Virus record (IMG/VR): IMGVR_UViG_3300043409_002109
Span: 1-64,000 of that record
Direction: 5' to 3' (one strand)
DNA from: a virus
Length of the DNA stretch: 64,000 nt
Shown here: positions 44,601 through 54,761 of the stretch, one piece after another
Numbering within the stretch: the first letter of the stretch is position 1
Layout of the letters: every line of letters starts with the position of its first letter
Translations under genes and position numbers: made by a program
Notes under the pieces: model-generated
Told to the model about the DNA's origin: nothing
What the model saw: only the letters and a program-made list of their open reading frames with translations
Databases searched by the model: none

Positions 44601-47600
44601 CTAGGTTACTTGGTTCTTTCCGGGTGAGAGATGCCATCTTCAATAACACTACAACAGGTGTTGTCAATCAGGTAACTTTATTGAAGAGAACGATTATAGA
44701 ACGCTCTGACAATGGGACTGTAGAAGGTAGCCCAGGGCTGTCCTATCTATCCTTCGAGATGAGCGAGACGAACCCCTATGATGAAGAAGAATTTGTTAAT
44801 ATCAACCCTGCATTCTTTGACGTAGAGACTGCGAGGAAGGAGGCTCTGCAGGCTCTCTATAAGCTAGATATCGCTGGAGAGTTCAAGGACAGTGTTCTGC
44901 CTATTCTTATCGGGAGTCTGGCGAACAGAAATATTCTAGATCCCAATAACGAGGAGGGGTATGGCCAGTTTAGCGTTGATAGCACTAGTGATTTAGCCTA
45001 TGCCCTAGGAGGGAGCCAGAAAGTTATACTTTATCGGGGTGATGATCCCGAATTTAAAAAGGGTTTAGGCTTTCAGGACAGCTTCGTTATCCAAGATCCA
45101 GGCGGGGTCTACGAGAGGCTGCTGCGTAATGAGTTAGAAGGAGACTTCGATAAAAGTGTTACTATTAGAAATGGCTTGCTTCTCGTAAACGCTAATGAAG
45201 GAGACTACGGGGAGCCAGAGTTTTCGACCCCGTATATCGCTGAAGACTACGGAACTTTTGACGAGGGCGCCGTTTCAAACGAAACGAGGAAGCCTAGAGC
45301 TTCCTTCGATATCTCCCGGATATTAGAGTCTTCATCAGATCTCGCTCAGCTTTCTAAGTTGAACTTGCCTAAAATCGCTGACTATTGGCAGCTTCTAGAT
45401 GCAGTGCTTAAGAGTGCAGAGATATCTCTGGCTGAGGAAAAAACTCTTGTCAGTCCCAGGAGTTCGCTCTCCTACCAGACGGGAGGACTTAGCAAGGAAA
45501 GGGTACAGGCAGAGCTTTATGATCTTCCGGTAACGCCCTCCATGTGGAGACTTTGGCAGTATTACCAGATAGCTGCAGGGGCAAAGTGGATCGTAACCGC
45601 GAACAAAGTTCCTAGTGCTGGCTGGAAAACTGATATTCTCCTAGGTCCCGTTGAAAAAATGTTCTTCGCTTCTGTTACGCAAGAGAATGAATTTGATGCG
45701 ACTGGTGAGGCAGCTTTTACTGTATTGAAGAGTAACGCGGGTTGGCTTACTTGGAGCGAAGTAACGTCGGAGGCTCTTTCTCCTGAATTACTTAAGAAAG
45801 CTACTGATACACATCTTTCTTTTGGTACAGACATCTTAACCTTCGGTGGGATTGGCTTGGATAGCTTGGGCGTTGGTGCGACTCTTATTATCGATCAGGG
45901 TCGTGATGGTTGGGCTCAGGTAACTGGGGCGAAGAAAGCAGAGGATACCAAGTGGATGGGGACCTTTCTCCGAGGCGGCACTTTGGCAGCAGAAGAGAAG
46001 CTCACTGAGATATACCTTCGGCATATGTATCCTAGCAATGCCGTCTGGCTGACTGACCTCGCTAAATATTATGCGAAAGATACTCTTTTCTCTCCTATTG
46101 TTGCATTGATTAATGGGAATGAGGGGCCTCTCGCCTCGGTCCATGCCCAGCTGCAAGAGAACTTGCACAGCTGCGGGTATTGGAGCTTTGGTTTTTCAGA
46201 CAGTGCGATAGGGAAAGCTTTCGGGGCTGGGTACCCCCGCTTTACTGTGCGCAAGGAGGATTTCAAAACAACTGCCGATGGCCTCCTCTACTACGATAAT
46301 ACTTCAGGAGAGAGAACTCCATCAGGAGTTTCGGGCATAAAAGATTATGACTCTAGCTTTATCTGGCCTGTCTCTGAAGATGTTGAAATAAAGAAGCTAA
46401 GAGAATTTAAAAGCGCCCTCGCACGTCTCGCCGATGACATACTCTCTGATCCAAAGATTCTAACTGCTTTAGGTTTACAGAGATATATAAACATATTGGC
46501 GTCTCAAAAGACTATCAAGGGTACAGAGTGTTATCCTGATTTACAACTTCCTGAGCATCCTTATTACGGCGATACGAAGGATGTCTCTCCAGATTTTTAC
46601 TTCTGGAATATGTATGATGACGGACAGGCTTTTGCCCCAGAAGTTATCGAACGTATTCGGACTTCAGCCGATCACATTGTATCCAACTGTTATGAGTCAC
46701 TTCGGGTGATGCAGGGCCGGAATGATAAGGCTAATGAAATGCCTTATACAAATACTAGTATCTCTGATCAACAGATTATTACTCCATTCAGATATAATGC
46801 TGAAGCTACTGACGGTAATAGTCCCAACCCATCCAATGTCGGGCCTACTGATATCCCTTGGTATGAAAATGATGCAGCAGCAGATGCTGTAGCGAAGTTC
46901 AATGGAACTATAAAAACTGCTGGGGAGAAAAGCATTAAGGATGCCAATCAGGTTAGCGCGACTCCTCGGAGAGCGTTAAAGGTGAACAAGGCGGAAATTT
47001 CTGCTATCAACCCACCCTCTGCTTCTATGTCGGTTACCGAGGGGCAGATAGATACTGGAGATAGCAAGAACTTTAAGGGTGGCTTGCATTACCCTATGCG
47101 AGTGACCCCCGAGAAGTACACAGAACTGAGGAACCACCTTCTCTCTTCGCGGCCGATGTTTGGTAACAAAGCAGCTTACTTAGGAAAGCAATTCGAAGAG
47201 AATGCCCCTGCTCCAGAGGTAGCTCAAGTTCGGGGAACAGCGCTCCAGACGCCCCTTCAGTACACGCATTTATTCGATGAATCTTCCCTAAAACAGCTTG
47301 CTTTCGACTCTAGTAGAGATATCGTTTCTCAGAAAGTAACTATGAGGAGAGCATTCCCGACCTTCAAGCTCTTCTTTATTGAAGAAGATGAAATCGAAGA
47401 TCATCTTATCGCATATGATGATTTCCATTCTTATAATGCTGTGAAAGAATTCTCAGTAGTCCAAAGCCGCAAGATTGCGGCCGACGTAGCGATCATCACT
47501 CTACAGAACGTTTCGGGTACGCTAGATGCTACCCGCAGAGATGCTATTGCTGACGTTGACTACTTCACGAAGAAGCCTAAGAGCAAAGATAAGAACCAAA

Positions 47601-50600
47601 GCACCACCAGCGGAGAGGCCGTAGCCGAGGGCACTGATAATGAGCAGCCTTTCCAGGCTGTGCTCCTACGTCCTGGTATGAACATACAGCTTCGTAGCGG
47701 TTATAGTAACGACCCCAGAAATCTTCATGTAATGATTTCTGGTAGAGTAGTGGACATAACTTGGAATAAAGTCGGGGATATGGCCGAGATAATGGTCCAG
47801 GGATTTGGCGTTGAACTCCAGCAAGCCTACAAGGGCACAGAAGGGGATGGAACCATCTACTACACCACCCATCATCTGCTCGGAGCGATGATGCTACAGC
47901 CTGAACTAGTCCATTTTGGGAGGTGGGAACGTGGACAATTATTCCAAGAGGGAGAGTCTCAAGACTCTAGGTTGGACTTCTATGATTATTCTAGAGAAGG
48001 ATTCATGGGAAGATTCTCTATGACGACAGCGATCACTTCTTGGCTAGCGGCGCATCCTATTATTACTATTGTAGGTATGCTCGGTCTCGGTGCTCTGAAC
48101 CTATATACCCCGGGCGCAGGGAAGCTCACTGCTGGAGCAGCAAAACCCGGGTTTCTTTCTAGAGTCTTTAGCTCTTTAGCTAGAGTAGGAGAGAAGCCTA
48201 CGGTCCTTAAGGCGACAGAATATGCCACGACAGGAGCTTTTAGAAAGATTCTTCCTGAAGCGATTGAAGCAGAGCTAAAGACAGCCGGTGGGTGGAAAGG
48301 ACTAAGTGATGCTTCTAAAATCGCTGTGGTCAAACTGATATTGGGAAAGCAAAGAGAAGCCTACCGACTTCTGAAGTCAACTTCGAGCTGGACCCTAGCC
48401 CATAGCAAGGAGGCTACTCGTTTAAGAAAGATAACTCATGAAGCTATCGCAAAAGCAGAGACTATTGAAGATGTTCTGGCAGCAGGAGCCTCCCATGTGA
48501 GAGGCTTGAATTACACTCTCCTAAAGGGAGGTATGTTAGGGAACCCAGCCTACTCGCTACTCACTAGCCCTCTTGGCTTCTTGGGTTGGCACCAGGTGAA
48601 AACCATGAGTTCATTTGGAATAAGGTCTTATTTAGTCGGTACTGGAAAGGTCGCTGGAGGAGCATTACTAACCGGTTTAGTATTGGATGCTCTTGGGGTA
48701 CCTATTCGAGCGGCTTATGACGCAACTGCCGGCAGAATCCAAAGATGGTTCTCGACTGCTCAAGTCTCTCTAATGATCAGCCCTCAAGATGACAACTTAT
48801 TCTGTCCTCACCCTAAAGACTATATGGATATGTCAGAAAAGAGCTATACACAGGTATTTGAAGAGTGGCTTACAGTTAGTGCCGGAGATCTTGTTGCCGG
48901 CACTAACCAAGGTTATAAGTTCTCTAGGTGGCTTCACTTGGAGACGATCTTTGATAAGAGAGTCCTTCCTCAGTCTTGTCAGTATCAAATAGATACTTCT
49001 ACTATCTGGGATATTTTCCATGAGATGTCTTTACGTCATCCTGGCTGGATCTATGGGGTACGGCCCTACGGCCATGCATTCAGGAATACGATGTTCTTCG
49101 GCGTTCCCAGTCAGCGCTATTGGTCAAAGCCTGCAAGTAATGAATTCATCCAGCGTGTTAACACCCTCAGCAGATTTCTTGCGAATGACGAAATAGATGA
49201 AACAGAATATGAATTGTTATACGGTGATAATATAGATGGGAAAACTATAGCCGAGTATAAAGAACAACTCACCTTCTCTGCTAGGCTTAAGCTTCAGACT
49301 CACTCTTCTGAATCCCCGCCAGTAGGGGTCGTCTATGGTCCGCAGACTAAAGCTGAAGCAGAGCTGAATCCCCCACCAGCCTACGACCCTAGAGTAGAGA
49401 AGGAAGTTCAAGCCCAATTAAAGGCGCGACTATCGGCCCCGGCCATCAAGGAGTACCTACGAGGTCTTGAGTTAAGGTTCGTCCCTTTCCGGAATCACCA
49501 TATGGTGAGTAGTACTCGTGATCTCATTTGGAATGGGATAATGAGTAGTGAAAATGCAGCTTATAATGCTGTGTCTGTAACTTATTTTGATGAGACTTCA
49601 GGAGCGAGCAAGTCTTCAGAGACTACGACAGAGATATTCAAGGCTCATTCATTTATACCTGAGCATATGGTTCGAGTTCTACCCCTCCCGGTATATAGGA
49701 ATTGTATTAGCTATCCAATGGCTATTAGATACGCCATGGGAACGCTAATGGATACAATGAAAGATATGTACCGGGGTGAGATTATTGTTACTGGGAACCC
49801 TAGACTGCGGCCCTATGATATCTGCATTCTTACTGATGACTATAACGATATGGTTGGTCCAATAGAAATAGAGCAGGTTGTTCATACTTTCTCTCATGAG
49901 ACTGGGTTCATTACAGAAATTAAGCCTTCAGCAGTTGTCATAGCAAACGAGATTAGTTCGTGGCCTCTGATAGAGGCGGCTAAGCTTTGGACCTTAGCGG
50001 TAAGAGATATAGAAGCTAAGTACGCAATAGGGCCAGGTCAAACTGGCCTGATGGGAGATATTGCCAGTGTGTTGGCTTCGACTCTCAGTGAAGCTGATTC
50101 AAAAACTTTAGAGAAGAAATATCAAACTATGTATGGTGGTGAGATACCATTCATACAAGACCTGGCTGAAGATAAGGCTCTCTCTGAATCGCTAGAAGCT
50201 TGGGATAAAGATATCGCTCTTGCTGTTGCTGGAATGAGAACGGCGAGCGTTGGGATCCTTGGAGGTACTGCCGCTGCTGCGGCGCTGGTAGGAGCCGGAA
50301 TAGCTGCGAGAGTGCCTGGTGGGAGGATCCTAGGTTCAATTGGTCTTCTTGGCGCGGTACCTCTCGCCCTCACTGCCGGAGCTTTACACATTGCCCTGCA
50401 GACTCCTCCGAGCTTGAAGATGCTCATAGGTGGGACTGTACTCTTCGCCCAGATGGCAAGAGAAGAATCTATTATTCTTGTTCCTTTGATGAAGAATGGG
50501 CAGCCCATTGTCTCTGGATTGAATATCCAAGATCCTTCTATGATGTGGACCCACTTCAAGGGGAACTTGAGGCGTATGGTGTCAGACATAACTGAGGGCA

Positions 50601-50734
50601 CAGAAGATCTAATGAGAGTCTGGGATGAGCACAAGACCGGCGCGTGGGATAAGATATGGGAAGCATATGATGACTCTGGTAAGATGGATCCTAAGACAAG
50701 AGTAGTTAACACTAATCTCACAGGAGAGGAATAA
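41690..50734 (+). CDS. Giant (3014 aa) baseplate hub/tail-tip protein with M23 peptidase domain
   Basis: HWGTD, YMHL, HLHFE (M23/LytM); hub-like LRPGMNIQLRSGY, RGEIIVTGNPRLRPYD, IEQVVHTFS..GFITEI; TTG start with AGGAG RBS. Confidence 0.75.
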   Translation: MISDLASPLTAPDIDLVQRKEIFVINDIALVVPPTSISVQKEDMTYTWRTLRTRTSTKVPTGHGNINVGLSLVFLEDRMFDLHRLIVQLRSSPFCYVENRYLRETIIPEFNLYQAMAFCVDAIQISPLPGTSDAWLCQLSLSWFNYLPYTANFMFREDWETEWLDSGGTGGGQAIKQSIGWKWNKETGKREFTPSTTSRREAEGTNVKEWNLQQEGYADKANRTLFDMEALHLGQEFDMLPLPGNMAPSQIALDPRNSRIYVRYINLLQRDALWDNFEIDIERLLTDAQIPLEGFFGVHEEPDGSKQTWGLHSGPTSSNEEHRKAWYGVMRKVTRDMLSYNGKISLVFQTYQTLDMPNEWSKALGRLSAVVRKEFNPGASETNPLYQGDWVTIHKYSNNMTQAIRKHPKRTGLTNPNGFRSPLGAPDRRFSINELRNGVSSRICERSPEKDVELGYPPTGRNEGRVHWGTDFGTGKQEGWKVYACRPGRVTGVNYGSVDASKVVWKSFRETDGKISQIEGGKLYEAWLRTMTDALGASSVAKSKKVVSLAGTALQQYQKFGTIIQDVTYPEIYYFTDLTSEGGNWIRIEHNTGGEPGVGSCDGDISVYMHLREIFVKVGDIIGGAEGNPGHDIDQPIGIVGQTSTLSPKYIDWFVKNKTRGAQRGGPAAGRHADWEKGKFQQLKPFEYQEIVSELRQSGIPDRKNKGGFTLPIHLHFEYWEKEGNGAPLDRSVDPYVFKDFSNTPMVKEGYVMVDPVPSFEAGSQGMEGKENYVLWIDNTAAIAKISAAIVAKEIKKDNGESYEVDTAKLEDMIEKMEELSSQGWYHYEGAMKLPNVWYKTWILNYRHGNKDELRDPNVLQNFFNSTDSAYTDLSTVFTGVSGGFTNIVARIPILSYEYPTLQHLGSIEPHYTFEFTLLDDRFDEEGGKGLHGIPSSGQLLEGMRSILQRNARKYREVKDSWSLATDTFMTRLLGSFRVRDAIFNNTTTGVVNQVTLLKRTIIERSDNGTVEGSPGLSYLSFEMSETNPYDEEEFVNINPAFFDVETARKEALQALYKLDIAGEFKDSVLPILIGSLANRNILDPNNEEGYGQFSVDSTSDLAYALGGSQKVILYRGDDPEFKKGLGFQDSFVIQDPGGVYERLLRNELEGDFDKSVTIRNGLLLVNANEGDYGEPEFSTPYIAEDYGTFDEGAVSNETRKPRASFDISRILESSSDLAQLSKLNLPKIADYWQLLDAVLKSAEISLAEEKTLVSPRSSLSYQTGGLSKERVQAELYDLPVTPSMWRLWQYYQIAAGAKWIVTANKVPSAGWKTDILLGPVEKMFFASVTQENEFDATGEAAFTVLKSNAGWLTWSEVTSEALSPELLKKATDTHLSFGTDILTFGGIGLDSLGVGATLIIDQGRDGWAQVTGAKKAEDTKWMGTFLRGGTLAAEEKLTEIYLRHMYPSNAVWLTDLAKYYAKDTLFSPIVALINGNEGPLASVHAQLQENLHSCGYWSFGFSDSAIGKAFGAGYPRFTVRKEDFKTTADGLLYYDNTSGERTPSGVSGIKDYDSSFIWPVSEDVEIKKLREFKSALARLADDILSDPKILTALGLQRYINILASQKTIKGTECYPDLQLPEHPYYGDTKDVSPDFYFWNMYDDGQAFAPEVIERIRTSADHIVSNCYESLRVMQGRNDKANEMPYTNTSISDQQIITPFRYNAEATDGNSPNPSNVGPTDIPWYENDAAADAVAKFNGTIKTAGEKSIKDANQVSATPRRALKVNKAEISAINPPSASMSVTEGQIDTGDSKNFKGGLHYPMRVTPEKYTELRNHLLSSRPMFGNKAAYLGKQFEENAPAPEVAQVRGTALQTPLQYTHLFDESSLKQLAFDSSRDIVSQKVTMRRAFPTFKLFFIEEDEIEDHLIAYDDFHSYNAVKEFSVVQSRKIAADVAIITLQNVSGTLDATRRDAIADVDYFTKKPKSKDKNQSTTSGEAVAEGTDNEQPFQAVLLRPGMNIQLRSGYSNDPRNLHVMISGRVVDITWNKVGDMAEIMVQGFGVELQQAYKGTEGDGTIYYTTHHLLGAMMLQPELVHFGRWERGQLFQEGESQDSRLDFYDYSREGFMGRFSMTTAITSWLAAHPIITIVGMLGLGALNLYTPGAGKLTAGAAKPGFLSRVFSSLARVGEKPTVLKATEYATTGAFRKILPEAIEAELKTAGGWKGLSDASKIAVVKLILGKQREAYRLLKSTSSWTLAHSKEATRLRKITHEAIAKAETIEDVLAAGASHVRGLNYTLLKGGMLGNPAYSLLTSPLGFLGWHQVKTMSSFGIRSYLVGTGKVAGGALLTGLVLDALGVPIRAAYDATAGRIQRWFSTAQVSLMISPQDDNLFCPHPKDYMDMSEKSYTQVFEEWLTVSAGDLVAGTNQGYKFSRWLHLETIFDKRVLPQSCQYQIDTSTIWDIFHEMSLRHPGWIYGVRPYGHAFRNTMFFGVPSQRYWSKPASNEFIQRVNTLSRFLANDEIDETEYELLYGDNIDGKTIAEYKEQLTFSARLKLQTHSSESPPVGVVYGPQTKAEAELNPPPAYDPRVEKEVQAQLKARLSAPAIKEYLRGLELRFVPFRNHHMVSSTRDLIWNGIMSSENAAYNAVSVTYFDETSGASKSSETTTEIFKAHSFIPEHMVRVLPLPVYRNCISYPMAIRYAMGTLMDTMKDMYRGEIIVTGNPRLRPYDICILTDDYNDMVGPIEIEQVVHTFSHETGFITEIKPSAVVIANEISSWPLIEAAKLWTLAVRDIEAKYAIGPGQTGLMGDIASVLASTLSEADSKTLEKKYQTMYGGEIPFIQDLAEDKALSESLEAWDKDIALAVAGMRTASVGILGGTAAAAALVGAGIAARVPGGRILGSIGLLGAVPLALTAGALHIALQTPPSLKMLIGGTVLFAQMAREESIILVPLMKNGQPIVSGLNIQDPSMMWTHFKGNLRRMVSDITEGTEDLMRVWDEHKTGAWDKIWEAYDDSGKMDPKTRVVNTNLTGEE

Positions 50735-51159
50735 TGCCAGCGCCAGCAAGTAAGCTCCAGAACAGACTTCATCATATTCAGGTAGAGGGGGTTCGAGCAG
50801 ATCCTTTGGCAAGGAATATGGTGCGCGGTCTAATCATGGAAGTCTATGATAGAGCTACCAGAGAGGCTGGGGTGCCAGAGGAGATAGCAGCTACCCTCGT
50901 GCAGACTCCAGGTACCGTTATGGCAAAAGTTCTTTTACTAGGAGGGGGAGAGGTCTACGTGCCCCTTGCCATCTCAGCTGATGAGCGGCATCTGCTATAC
51001 GGTAACAACAAAAACATGATTGGAAGACCAGTAGAAATAGAGTATAAAGGAAAGAAGATCAGTCGCGGACTAGCCCATATCAGAGCAGATGCTCTTAACC
51101 TTGGGGTGCGAGAAGATCAAATCCTAAATCCTTTTGATATCAGTGGAACGATACTATAA
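50734..51159 (+). CDS. Baseplate-region protein (possible spike-like OB fragment)
   Basis: Coupled to the hub gene; position only. Confidence 0.5.
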   Translation: MPAPASKLQNRLHHIQVEGVRADPLARNMVRGLIMEVYDRATREAGVPEEIAATLVQTPGTVMAKVLLLGGGEVYVPLAISADERHLLYGNNKNMIGRPVEIEYKGKKISRGLAHIRADALNLGVREDQILNPFDISGTIL

Positions 51160-51518
51160 TGGTTAGACCTTCAAAGTCTTTAAGACTCAACTATTGGCAG
51201 CTTACACCTGAGTTTGGTGCATGTATCGGCGTACTCGGAGGCCCCAACGAAGTCCTTCTACAGGCTTCTCAAAAGGCTTTCATTAGTGTAAAAGAAGATG
51301 TTGTTAGTATCTCCGGGGGATTCCCGAGTAAGATTAACATTCAGGGTATGTCGGATTCGTTCAGGTACGCGGGGATGCTGCAGGATCTGCCCTTCCCTCT
51401 TACTCTTATCCCTAGCACCCTAGCTACTCCGTTACCAAAGCAACTTTTCGTACCTCCTTTCATGGGGTTGCTACCTCAACTTTCTCAACTAGGCGCAATC
51501 GCTAGTATTATCTTATAG
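51159..51518 (+). CDS. Baseplate-region hypothetical protein, Pro-rich C-terminus
   Basis: Coupled ORF. Confidence 0.55.
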   Translation: MVRPSKSLRLNYWQLTPEFGACIGVLGGPNEVLLQASQKAFISVKEDVVSISGGFPSKINIQGMSDSFRYAGMLQDLPFPLTLIPSTLATPLPKQLFVPPFMGLLPQLSQLGAIASIIL

Positions 51519-51525
51519 GATATAT

Positions 51526-51948
51526 ATGCCAGTAAAAGATATAGATATATATTGGAGCACGGAAGGAGACTTCGTTCTGGGGAATAAAGGAGATTTCAAG
51601 AGTACGGTCGATGTTCAGTCCAGAACGATGATACAGAAAGTGCTTAAAAGGCTTATGAGTTCGCCTGGAGACTGGGCTGTTGCCCCTGAGATAGGCGTGC
51701 ACTGGGAGCGGATTCTAGGAAAACCAAATAAATCAGAGACTGGTAGGCTACTTGAGATAATGATAAGCTCTGAGCTGACGAGAGGAGGCTTCCTCTCAAG
51801 TTCTGAATTCACTGTAAGAGTTTTCCCTGCGAGTCTTAATCAGTTAGGGGTTTTATTAAACATAACCCCTAGAGATGTTCGGGGTGAAACAACCCTAACT
51901 TTTGTTTATGACATGAGAGATAACAGAATCATCCCTAGGACTGTATAA
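51526..51948 (+). CDS. Baseplate wedge/sheath initiator (gp25/W-like)
   Basis: GDF..., RLMSSPGDW..PEIG.. pattern, size, and position before the J-like gene. Confidence 0.75.
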   Translation: MPVKDIDIYWSTEGDFVLGNKGDFKSTVDVQSRTMIQKVLKRLMSSPGDWAVAPEIGVHWERILGKPNKSETGRLLEIMISSELTRGGFLSSSEFTVRVFPASLNQLGVLLNITPRDVRGETTLTFVYDMRDNRIIPRTV

Positions 51949-53180
51949 TGGCCACTGCACCAGAACTTAAAAACCCCTTGGAACTGATTAAAGACTGGCG
52001 CGCTCGCATTGGGTCAAGAACAGGTATAACTAACTTCTCGTCAGATTCTTCGATGAGATCCCTTATGGACGTTCTTGCTAAAGAGGTGTCCTCTCTCAGG
52101 GAGAGCCAGATTAATAGCTTCTATTCTGGGCAACTTTCTAGAGCGCGAGGAGCGGATTTAGACAAAATCGGGCAGGATATGAATCTGCCCAGACTCCAAT
52201 CTACCTTCGCCAGCTCAAATGCCAGGGAGCAGAATGGTGCTTTCTACGTGGATAGCGGTACTTTCGGAGACCTTAATGCTGCAGCGGATATCGTCATCCC
52301 CGCTGGGGCTACGGTTTATTCTGATGAAAGGCAGAACGAGCTTGGGGCTAGAATTGAATACGTTACTACCTCTCAGGTAACCCTACCTGCTGGAGATGCG
52401 GTCGGTTATGTTTCAACTAAAGCTGCAGGGGCTGGTCAGAACTTTAACGTTGGCGCAGGTGTTCTGAGGAACCATGATTTTGCTGACTACGCCTTAGCTA
52501 GTGCTGGCGGCCTCAAGTTCACTAACTTCTTTGCAATTCTAAATGCACGCTCTCAGGAAGACGATACCTCTTATCGATTCCGACTAACGAAATACTACGA
52601 TAAGCTAGTGTCCAGGAACGATACGAAGGTCCTCGTTAATGCACTCCAAATTCCTGGTGTTATCAATTTGAAGATGATCCCAGGGTATTATGGTATAGGT
52701 ACTACAGGGGTCGTTGTTCTAGGGGCCGATTATGAGTCCTCTGATTCCCTAGTCTCCTCTGTACAAACTCAATTGAATAGCTTGTCTATCCCAGGACTAA
52801 ACTTGGTAGCTGTTTCTGCGACCAAGGTTACAGTAGACCTTGAGTTACTAATAGGTACGACTCGAAACCTGACTACCGCCGGACAGAGACAGTTTGAAGT
52901 AGAAATTAGAAGAGTTGTCAAAGAGTTTCTCCGCAACATCCAGATTGGGGGTAGCCTAGATCTGTCAGAATTAGAAGTAGTTTTGAAAGAGAAAACGAAC
53001 TCTGCTATTCGTATCGGAAGAAGAATAGGAGGCGTCCAAAAAGTCTTCAAAAAAGTTTATCTTCGTAGAAGCGCAGCGACATCTCTTTCCAGCGAGAGAG
53101 AGCAATTAATATCCTCAACATTATCTTTGGAAACAAGCGAGTTCCTTGATCTTGGCACCATAGACTTTTCCTACGAGTAA
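51948..53180 (+). CDS. Baseplate J-like wedge protein
   Basis: ARGADLDKIG...LPR, IPAGATV, GQNFNVGAG, EDDTSYRFR, ALQIPGV motifs. Confidence 0.88.
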   Translation: MATAPELKNPLELIKDWRARIGSRTGITNFSSDSSMRSLMDVLAKEVSSLRESQINSFYSGQLSRARGADLDKIGQDMNLPRLQSTFASSNAREQNGAFYVDSGTFGDLNAAADIVIPAGATVYSDERQNELGARIEYVTTSQVTLPAGDAVGYVSTKAAGAGQNFNVGAGVLRNHDFADYALASAGGLKFTNFFAILNARSQEDDTSYRFRLTKYYDKLVSRNDTKVLVNALQIPGVINLKMIPGYYGIGTTGVVVLGADYESSDSLVSSVQTQLNSLSIPGLNLVAVSATKVTVDLELLIGTTRNLTTAGQRQFEVEIRRVVKEFLRNIQIGGSLDLSELEVVLKEKTNSAIRIGRRIGGVQKVFKKVYLRRSAATSLSSEREQLISSTLSLETSEFLDLGTIDFSYE

Positions 53181-53189
53181 GGACCCACG

Positions 53190-54761
53190 ATGAGCTTTCT
53201 TACTCAACGAATTGCCAATCGATTTCCCCATTGGTCGAAAGTCCGTAGAGACCCATCCTCTCTAGGGCAGCGAAGTGTTTCTACTTTTGCTGAGACCTTT
53301 GAGGCGATGTATGCCAATCAATATCGTTTTGACTGGGAGAACCACCTATGTAAACCTTGGCTAGGCTTGGGCTCTCTGCACGCCATCACCTTAGAGGAGG
53401 AAGACTTCTTTCCCACAACGAGAAGTATCTCGGGTGGTATAACCTACACCTATCCCGATCTTGTGGGCGACGCCATCTCGCTGTCTCAGGTAGACACCTT
53501 AGAAGATATGATCTATGGAATGCCAACGAGAATGGAAGCAGTAGAAGATGTCGAATCAACCTCTTATCTTGTTTGGGATAGTGATTCGCCGACAGTGTTC
53601 AATTCCATTCCAGATGCACAGGCTCTGTATGTGCTGATTACCGATTCTGATGAATGGCTCAAGAAGACTGAGAGCCGGAATCCTCTGTTCGGAGAAGTAG
53701 CTTTTATACGAATAACTGGCGTAGATATTAACGATATCATCCAGTCAGAAGTTCTGTCTCCTAAAGATGATGGCCTTTATCGTGGTAGCTGTTTCTTTAA
53801 AGAAGTGACCGCTGTGGAGACAGAAGGCTGGACAGGTAGGACGAGAGTATACTGGAGCAGCGCCAACCAGAGCACACACACAGACCCCTATAAGGTCGTG
53901 GTCTTTGAGGACTTTGAGGCTCCTCTGAAGTATCAGATGTCACTTAATACGGTAGATGGCACTGAGTATTCTTTCCTGTCTATCATCGGGCAGCGATTTA
54001 ATAATGGGGTTGACTACCGCCGTCCCAATGTCGAAGATATGGAAAGTGAGGAAGAGCTGACAAAGCTTGTTCTTCTCGATGATGCCGGCGCTGAATACTC
54101 CTACGTAGATTTTTGTCTGTCATCATTCAATAGCTTCTTATATGTCTTAGATGATACTGGGAAGGTGCACGTTTATGATGTAAGCCTCCCGAACTTTACT
54201 GTTTCTCAATTAAGCACCTCATTATCTGCAGATCCTTACATGAGGGTAGATCCTTTAAATCCCTACCCTGTCTTTGGTGATACTGAGAAGTTATTCACTT
54301 CTTTATTCCGGCCTAGATGGCCAGTAAACTATGTCATCATCAAAAGAGTAAGCCCTACGGGTGTAACACGGTACCTCCAATCCGATAAGACTTGGGGAGT
54401 AGGATCTGCTCAGCTCACGAGTGGCTTAGTGCAAGACCCTCTGCTCTGGCAAGAGATTACATTCGAATCCGAATATGACGAGATGGGGCAGTGGGAGTAC
54501 TGGGTTACATGCGCGACGGAGCATGATTCTACCGTGAACTATACAGCGGTGATAGCAGGCTCTCTTACCGCTTCTATATCCTTAGCTTCTGGGGTAGCCA
54601 GTCCGCTGTCCCTCTCTATAGACAGGAAGGATCAACTACAGATTGGCGATGGTTCTGATGTCTACAGATTCTCTCTTCACAAAGATTGCTGGATACCAAG
54701 AGACGAAACGAATCAGATAGTTCTCCGCGAAGAATACTCCTCCATAGAGGTAACTTATTAA
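53190..54761 (+). CDS. Baseplate protein
   Basis: After the J-like gene; N-terminal RFPHWSKVR motif; acidic beta-rich sequence. Confidence 0.6.
   Translation: MSFLTQRIANRFPHWSKVRRDPSSLGQRSVSTFAETFEAMYANQYRFDWENHLCKPWLGLGSLHAITLEEEDFFPTTRSISGGITYTYPDLVGDAISLSQVDTLEDMIYGMPTRMEAVEDVESTSYLVWDSDSPTVFNSIPDAQALYVLITDSDEWLKKTESRNPLFGEVAFIRITGVDINDIIQSEVLSPKDDGLYRGSCFFKEVTAVETEGWTGRTRVYWSSANQSTHTDPYKVVVFEDFEAPLKYQMSLNTVDGTEYSFLSIIGQRFNNGVDYRRPNVEDMESEEELTKLVLLDDAGAEYSYVDFCLSSFNSFLYVLDDTGKVHVYDVSLPNFTVSQLSTSLSADPYMRVDPLNPYPVFGDTEKLFTSLFRPRWPVNYVIIKRVSPTGVTRYLQSDKTWGVGSAQLTSGLVQDPLLWQEITFESEYDEMGQWEYWVTCATEHDSTVNYTAVIAGSLTASISLASGVASPLSLSIDRKDQLQIGDGSDVYRFSLHKDCWIPRDETNQIVLREEYSSIEVTY

Noticed and set aside
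50122-50775. 217-aa minus-strand ORF and the many other short antisense ORFs in the structural block
   Set aside because: They overlap long plus-strand genes in a uniformly rightward operon and show no recognisable motifs.
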